Of a DNA stretch of 64,000 nucleotides, positions 58,011 through 64,000 are shown one piece after another. The stretch spans positions 248,001-312,000 of the forward strand of contig JAANOX010000069.1 of NCBI GenBank assembly GCA_020184695.1, in the 5' to 3' direction. The notes below the pieces were generated by a model. It made no database searches and was not told the origin of the DNA. It was given only the letters and a program-made list of their open reading frames with translations. Each line of letters starts with the position of its first letter. Position 1 is the stretch's first letter. A program made the translations under genes and the position numbers. The DNA is from Histomonas meleagridis 2922-C6/04-290x (lineage: Eukaryota > Protista > Parabasalia).

Positions 58011-58718
58011 ATAGCCAATCGAACTGAATTTTTCTTTTTATGGATTTTCATATGATATATAATGTGATATTTTATTATTTGACAATTCACGATTAATTTG
58101 AGTATAATATGGATGAGATTTTTCTTGAAGATACATCATTTATTATAATTTGATCAAGTATTAATTTGTTTCACTCCTTAAATTTTTTGATCAATTGTAT
58201 TAAACTTAAAACATTAAAAAAATATCATCTTGTCCCACAAATCATTTAAATATTAGATATAAAATAGATACAGAAGAATCATATTGTTTCTAAATTAAAT
58301 TGAAACTAATTAGTTCGCTTCCAATATTCTATAAACATCGACTTGCCCCAAAGCCAACGCGAATGACAGATCTTTCTTCGATTAGGAAAATAGAATCATC
58401 AACTTAATACTCATCCTTTCCTTGGATAACAATATATACTTTTTCATTTTAATTATGTGAATGGAAGAATGAAAAATACACATCAGCAGGAATGGAAGTG
58501 AAAAGTATTTCAGATCTTGATAAATGAAGTGCTTGTTGTAAAAAAACTTATATGGGATTGGTAAACCAAATGTATATTCGTTATATTTACATAAATTTAA
58601 AAATCCGAATTTTATATTGAAATTGTTATTAACATATTTAGCCACGAAGAGCATAACAATAATTTGTTATTATCTACAATTAAGAACATAAATATCAAAC
58701 AATAACAATTTCATTTTA

Positions 58719-60188
58719 TTAACATATTACACAAGATGAAGTTTCTTCTTCTTTTCCTTCTTTTTGCATATCAAACTTTTTCTTCAATTGCATCAAATAT
58801 TTTCTTGCAATTGCATCGAACATCGTCTCAACTTTTGCTCCGAGCACTGCGCTTGTTTCGAAGTATTCAACATTGAGAACCTTTGCCAAATGTTTTCCTT
58901 CATTGACTGAAACAGTTCTATTTTCGTAATCGCATTGATTACCGCACAAGAAAATCGTTGCGTTTTTATCTTTCTTGATTATTTCGTCATAACATTTTTT
59001 AACATCATTAAATGAACATCGATCACAAACAGAGAAAATAATAACATAAGTATTAACACCATCGAGATGCATATTGTTAATGTTAAGATAAGTTCCTTGT
59101 GAAGGAGTATCCCACACTTCGATATCCATTAAAAACGAGTCAACTTTCAATTCCTTCCGATAACATCTCGTTCCTATTGTAGGTAATATTTCATCATTAA
59201 ACACGCCATTCACAAAGCGCTCAATTAACGTTGTTTTCCCGACGCAATGATATCCAACAAACAAAACTTTCATATGGTATTTGTCATTTGGTAAATCCAT
59301 TATAGGCGTAAACCCATGTAAAATCGTATGATCCATTTCCAATTTCAAGATTTTCTCGTCAATAATTCCACGTTTTACAAGTGAATCAATTCTTTCTTTG
59401 ATAAATGGTAACGAAAGAATTCCATAAATCGTTGGTCGTTCTGTTGGATCTACTGAAAGCATTTTATTAATAAGATCATAAATTTCTTTTCTATGTTCCT
59501 TAAATGGAATTGTATATTCGCATTTTTTGATTTGTTCACATTGCTTTTGGAAATTACTTTCTAATGGAAATGCGGGTTTATGAAGTGTGCACATTTCATA
59601 AAGAATACAACCAAGCGACCATATATCGGTCTTAAAATCATAGCTACATGAGTTGGCAAGTTCTGGTGACATATAAATAGGAGTCCCTGCTTGAGTTTGA
59701 CATGATTGATATGTATTTTCAAGAACACGAACTTCCCCAAAATCCCCTAATTTAATAGTATTGTCCTTGGTTAGGAAGATATTGCTGGGTTTTATGTCAC
59801 GATGAATGATTTTTCTGTCATGAAGATATTTAATTGCAAGGGAAATTTGAACAAAATAATCTAAAATGTCACTCCCTGGCATTGGCTTTTTTAAATTATT
59901 AAAGCTTTTTATTTTTTTAGCTAAGTCTCCACCTTCTGCATACTCCATAACAATATAAAATTCAGTGAATCCAATACTATCTTTGCATTTGAAGTAGTCA
60001 ATAAACTTAACAATATTTGGATGATCTAATGTTTTTAGAATACATTCTTTCTCGATTTGTTCATCATTTTTTAAAGATGGGAAAATTTTTTTGATTACAT
60101 ATTTTTCATGTGTGACCTTATGCTCCGCAAGCCAAGCAATGCCACCACCTCCATCACCTAAAATTTTTAGAATATTGTAATTTTCCAT
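58719..60188 (-). CDS. NEK-family kinase fused to a Rab/Ras-like GTPase with a C-terminal CaaX-like end
   Basis: IVMEYAEGGDL, HRDIKPSN, DFG, GTPIYMSPE; then GYHCVGKT, WDT, GNQCD, ETSA; ends CVIC. Confidence 0.9.
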   Translation of the reverse strand: MENYNILKILGDGGGGIAWLAEHKVTHEKYVIKKIFPSLKNDEQIEKECILKTLDHPNIVKFIDYFKCKDSIGFTEFYIVMEYAEGGDLAKKIKSFNNLKKPMPGSDILDYFVQISLAIKYLHDRKIIHRDIKPSNIFLTKDNTIKLGDFGEVRVLENTYQSCQTQAGTPIYMSPELANSCSYDFKTDIWSLGCILYEMCTLHKPAFPLESNFQKQCEQIKKCEYTIPFKEHRKEIYDLINKMLSVDPTERPTIYGILSLPFIKERIDSLVKRGIIDEKILKLEMDHTILHGFTPIMDLPNDKYHMKVLFVGYHCVGKTTLIERFVNGVFNDEILPTIGTRCYRKELKVDSFLMDIEVWDTPSQGTYLNINNMHLDGVNTYVIIFSVCDRCSFNDVKKCYDEIIKKDKNATIFLCGNQCDYENRTVSVNEGKHLAKVLNVEYFETSAVLGAKVETMFDAIARKYLMQLKKKFDMQKEGKEEETSSCVIC

Positions 60189-60698
60189 GAGTTGACACCA
60201 AAAAATTCTTCAAAAACGGTTATAAAATATGCCATAACATTTCAACTTGTGAATCTCTGTTTGTAAATTGACAGTATATTGAAAATATTCATCTGCTTGT
60301 GAACTTTACGAAAAAACGAAGGCATTTTTACCAACCGGTCCCCGCCAAGTTTACATAACGTATTTCGAAATCAGATATTAAAATTAAAATATCTTTTTGT
60401 GCACATGAAAAATCTGAATATGATTCATAAAAAATATTCACAAATATATGCTGGGTATATCTTATCAAATTCCTGTAAATTTTTATCAATAAGTATGTTC
60501 AATATTTGAATTATATTGATTAAAAACATATAAAATTAAATTTAATATTTGTTCGTATTTCATTATTAATATCATCATTTTATCTCCTTCATTAAGTTTT
60601 CTAACTTCTAAAGAAATCCAAATTCGAATTTTATAAAAAATAATGAAAAATATCATCGATTGAAGTCCAATTTATATAACCTTTATTTATAATAATAT

Positions 60699-61946
60699 TT
60701 ATTTTGCCTTTGGAATTACCTTTGGCGGGGACGTTTTTCCAGATCCTAAAGTAGTTTCATGCATAGAAAAAGACATTCGTTCCGGCTTTGAAAGTCTGTG
60801 GTTCTGTTTTCTCTGCCTTCTCTTTATCATTCTTAATACCTTATCGAATGTTATTGGGATTTCTGTTGGTGTTTGTGCCAAGTTCAAATTCGAGAGATTG
60901 ATATCTCTCCCGAAGAACTTATCCACTTTTCTTAAACTAATTATGTGTCCTGATGCTCCCATCATTCCTTCGAATGGGATAACAGTGTCTCTTAGATACG
61001 GATGCTTCAATGCTTCAGCCGCCGATAACCGTTTCTTATCGTCGACACACATCAACTTTGAAATCAAATCTCGACAAAGTGGCGAAAGATACGTCGGAAT
61101 GGTGTACTCTCCTCGTTTGATTTGCTCAAACAGTTCGGCTTGCTTTCGCTTCGTCCATGGAAGTTGGCCGGTCATCATTGCATAAAAAATTACGCCGACA
61201 CTCCAACAATCACTTTTCCTGCCATCATATCGATGACCATTAATACATTGTGGTGAGGCATAACATGGTGAACCACATGGCGTATCAACCATGCCATCTT
61301 TATCAAGAAATCGAGAAAGTCCAAAATCCGATATTTTGACATGTCCAACATTGTCAAGAAGTATGTTCTCTGGCTTGAGATCACGATGAGAAACACCCAT
61401 TGCATGAATGTAACTGACGCCTTGAAGTATTTGCTTAAGAATTGGGCGAGCTTGTTGATCATCAAGCCTTTTGTTGTCAACAATGTGCTGGAATAATTCG
61501 CCCCCAGGGCAAAACTCGAGAAAAACATAGTAATAAAATTCGTCTGATAAGATATCTACTAATCCAACTATTGATGGATGATGCATTTGTTGATGAACAC
61601 TAATTTCACACTCAAATTTTGCCTCTAATTTTTTCTGCCTGAGCCTCTTTTTTTCTATAACTTTGCAAGCAAAATATTCTCGAGTTTTTGGACGATATGC
61701 AAGCTTAACAACACTGAATGCACCTTCACCTACTGTTCCTCTAATTTCGTATGATTTGATTACCTTTGGTATTGGATGTTCTGCTGTATTTTCAAATGGT
61801 TCGTCATCAATAAAATCTTCTTCTTCAACTTCATCATTTTGATCGGCAATTTCAGCAAGCATAGAATCTGATGCGTATCTTGTTTTATTAGCTGCAGCAG
61901 CAGCAAAAATCTCATTCGTATTTAGTTTGTCTAGTTTTGGTTTCAT
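60699..61946 (-). CDS. CAMK-group (AMPK/SNF1-like) Ser/Thr kinase
   Basis: GEGAFSVV, HRDLKPEN, DFG, TPCGSPCYASP; first ATG 61946 (MKPKLDK). Confidence 0.93.
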   Translation of the reverse strand: MKPKLDKLNTNEIFAAAAANKTRYASDSMLAEIADQNDEVEEEDFIDDEPFENTAEHPIPKVIKSYEIRGTVGEGAFSVVKLAYRPKTREYFACKVIEKKRLRQKKLEAKFECEISVHQQMHHPSIVGLVDILSDEFYYYVFLEFCPGGELFQHIVDNKRLDDQQARPILKQILQGVSYIHAMGVSHRDLKPENILLDNVGHVKISDFGLSRFLDKDGMVDTPCGSPCYASPQCINGHRYDGRKSDCWSVGVIFYAMMTGQLPWTKRKQAELFEQIKRGEYTIPTYLSPLCRDLISKLMCVDDKKRLSAAEALKHPYLRDTVIPFEGMMGASGHIISLRKVDKFFGRDINLSNLNLAQTPTEIPITFDKVLRMIKRRQRKQNHRLSKPERMSFSMHETTLGSGKTSPPKVIPKAK

Positions 61947-62454
61947 TCTGGAATTAACCGCTTGTTTACAAAATATTTTAAAAGATTTAAATGATATACA
62001 AACGGTCATTAATCTCCATTATCCAACGATAGAAACATGTTTTGATAAATACGATACGAATTTGAATAGATTTGATAAGAACAAAAAAAATCACCTTTTC
62101 GTTTTCTTGATATTCCGGTGTTTTTGTTGTAAGTAATAATGCCTTCTACCGCAGGTGCAGCAAAAGTTGTTTTTTTGAGTTAATACTTAGTATAATTGGC
62201 GAATTATCATGAACTGTTTCTGATTCAAATATCGACTTTTTCAGACATACGCCCCAGAATATCTTCACGAAAGAACCATATGGTTTTTCAGAAATTATTC
62301 TGCTATTGAGCAAAATGCACTAATAATTCGTCAAGCTGTTGAAGCATTTGCGTAAGTGTATAAAATAAGTTCATAAAATTAATGTCTTATGAAGACAGAT
62401 GTCTAAAATACGACAACTTTTTCTTTTATTTATAATGAAAGTGTCGGCCAAAAA

Positions 62455-63453
62455 ATGGACCCAGATAAGCTAGCAGAATATATTGGGTATTTTTTAATAA
62501 TTCTCCTAGTAATTTCTTTTATTTTTGTTCTTTTTGATCGCTTTGTATCAGACCAGACTTTATATGATATAATTCAATTACCGCCAAAAGACCCAAGACA
62601 TATTACATATTATATTGAGCCCATATCAGACCCAACCAATCCTGTTCCATTCCCTTCGGTTTTCTCACAACCTGAAGTTTATGTTACTTTTGTTGTTCCA
62701 GCATATAATGAAGAAAAGCGTCTACCATCAATGCTTGATGATACTGTTGACTACCTTCTTTCACGTCAATCAGCTGATCCCAACTTTACATGGGAGATTA
62801 TTATCGTAGATGATGGATCCAAAGATCGTACTGCAGATTTTGTTCTCAGTTATTCTTTAAACCATCCCGAAGTTCGTTTATTACGACAACCACGCAACAT
62901 GGGCAAAGGCGCTGCTGTTCAAGCCGGCTGTCTTCATGCACGCGGCAAAATGATTTTAATGGTCGATGCCGATGGAGCCACAAAAATATCCGAATTTGGT
63001 GTTCTTGAACAGAAGCTTCTTCAACTTCAAAATTATAATCCAATGGTTGTCGTTGTTGGAAGTCGTGCACATCTCGATGGCGAAAACAAAGCAAATCGAA
63101 CAGCTTTACGAGATTTTCTTGGGAAAAGTTTTCATTTTCTTATTTGGCTTTCTGGCGTACGTGGCATAAAAGATACGCAATGTGGGTTTAAGTTGTTTTC
63201 ACGTGAGGCCGCGCAATGGCTCTTCCCGAATCAACATATACAAAGATGGTGTTTCGATCCAGAGCTTCTCGTGATCGCGCGAAAGAAAAGAATGGAAATA
63301 TCTGAAATCCCGGTCGAGTGGAATGAGATCGATGGATCGAAAATGAAGTTTTTGTCTATGATCAAAATGGCTTTGGACTTGTTACAGATAGCTGTGTTTT
63401 ATCCATTCAAGATTTGGAATGTAAAAATGAGAGGAAATATTCAATATGAGTAA
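62455..63453 (+). CDS. ALG5: Dolichyl-phosphate beta-glucosyltransferase
   Basis: N-terminal [59 protein letters not shown]. Confidence 0.93.
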   Translation: MDPDKLAEYIGYFLIILLVISFIFVLFDRFVSDQTLYDIIQLPPKDPRHITYYIEPISDPTNPVPFPSVFSQPEVYVTFVVPAYNEEKRLPSMLDDTVDYLLSRQSADPNFTWEIIIVDDGSKDRTADFVLSYSLNHPEVRLLRQPRNMGKGAAVQAGCLHARGKMILMVDADGATKISEFGVLEQKLLQLQNYNPMVVVVGSRAHLDGENKANRTALRDFLGKSFHFLIWLSGVRGIKDTQCGFKLFSREAAQWLFPNQHIQRWCFDPELLVIARKKRMEISEIPVEWNEIDGSKMKFLSMIKMALDLLQIAVFYPFKIWNVKMRGNIQYE

Positions 63454-63780
63454 GTCAATAAATATCAGATTTGGATTTTATATAGAACAATTTATTGAAC
63501 TTATTTTGATTTTATGATATTTGCATGTGCTTGATGTGAAAACTATTGCAAAAAAAAAATATTTGGAAGAGATTAAATTTTATAAAATTTATTAAGTATC
63601 CAAGATAAGTTTTGTTCATTAACCTAATTATGAATACCAATTCGTTCATTTCTTTCTTTTTGTCGTAATAATTGAACTATTTCCAAGTTGTCATGTTTGT
63701 ATTCATATATAATTGTCGTTTTAAATATTTTGAATGATTTTCGAATATTATTTTAAAATAAGGATTTATTAAATTAAATT

Positions 63781-64000
63781 TCAAACAGAGCAAATATATA
63801 TTTTAACTGTTGCTATATGACCATTATAAAAAGTTAACATAAGTGCTGTATCAAATAATTTCCAAATATTATTTTACCATGTTACAAACATTCTCATTCT
63901 AAAATAGTTTCAACCCTTGTGTCAAATCATTTTCAACTTTATGAAATTATAAGATATTAAATTTATTTCAATGCCGTTTTGTATTAAAATAAGGCTTCTA
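63781..64000 (-). pseudogene. 3' end of another spacer-interrupted ankyrin gene (locus E), continuing past the window end
   Basis: LILIQNGIEINLIS (63952-63993), 102-nt spacer, then TALMLTFYNGHIATVKIYICSV* (63849-63781). Confidence 0.65.

Noticed and set aside
62139-62355. Possible small broken ORF (MPSTAGAAKVVFL ... FQTYAPEYLHERTIWFFRNY...AFA*)
   Set aside because: Early stop, no convincing intron signals or homology

Overview
AT-rich (visually about 25-30% GC), gene-dense eukaryotic DNA that looks like a parabasalid (Tritrichomonas/Trichomonas-like) protist. The basis is DUF3447-type ankyrin genes, BspA-like LRR surface proteins, intronless housekeeping genes and Myb-type promoter motifs. 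Housekeeping genes include RPB1, a dynein intermediate chain, IFT46, ADA3, ALG5, a divergent actin, cathepsin L and kinases. The window also has one tRNA-Ser, a pogo/DDE_1 transposon with perfect 38-bp TIRs, a Merlin/ISXO2 transposase next to a 2.8-kb modular satellite, and several frameshifted or nonsense-bearing genes. The standout signal is in five separate ankyrin loci. Each C-terminal ankyrin repeat is cut at the same site (the D-x-x-G-x-T beta-hairpin) by a very AT-rich spacer of 23-102 nt. Nearly all spacers carry stops or shift the frame, and they have no consistent GT-AG or AT-AC ends. They recur at discrete lengths (80/81, 63, 46) and have TGG/TAA/TGA exactly 24 nt before the next repeat. 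The hairpin Gly is not encoded at its expected position on either side of the junction. The flanking modules keep ankyrin coding, with synonymous divergence and proper C-termini. This suggests an unrecognised processing, bypass or diversification system, but the mechanism cannot be determined from DNA alone.
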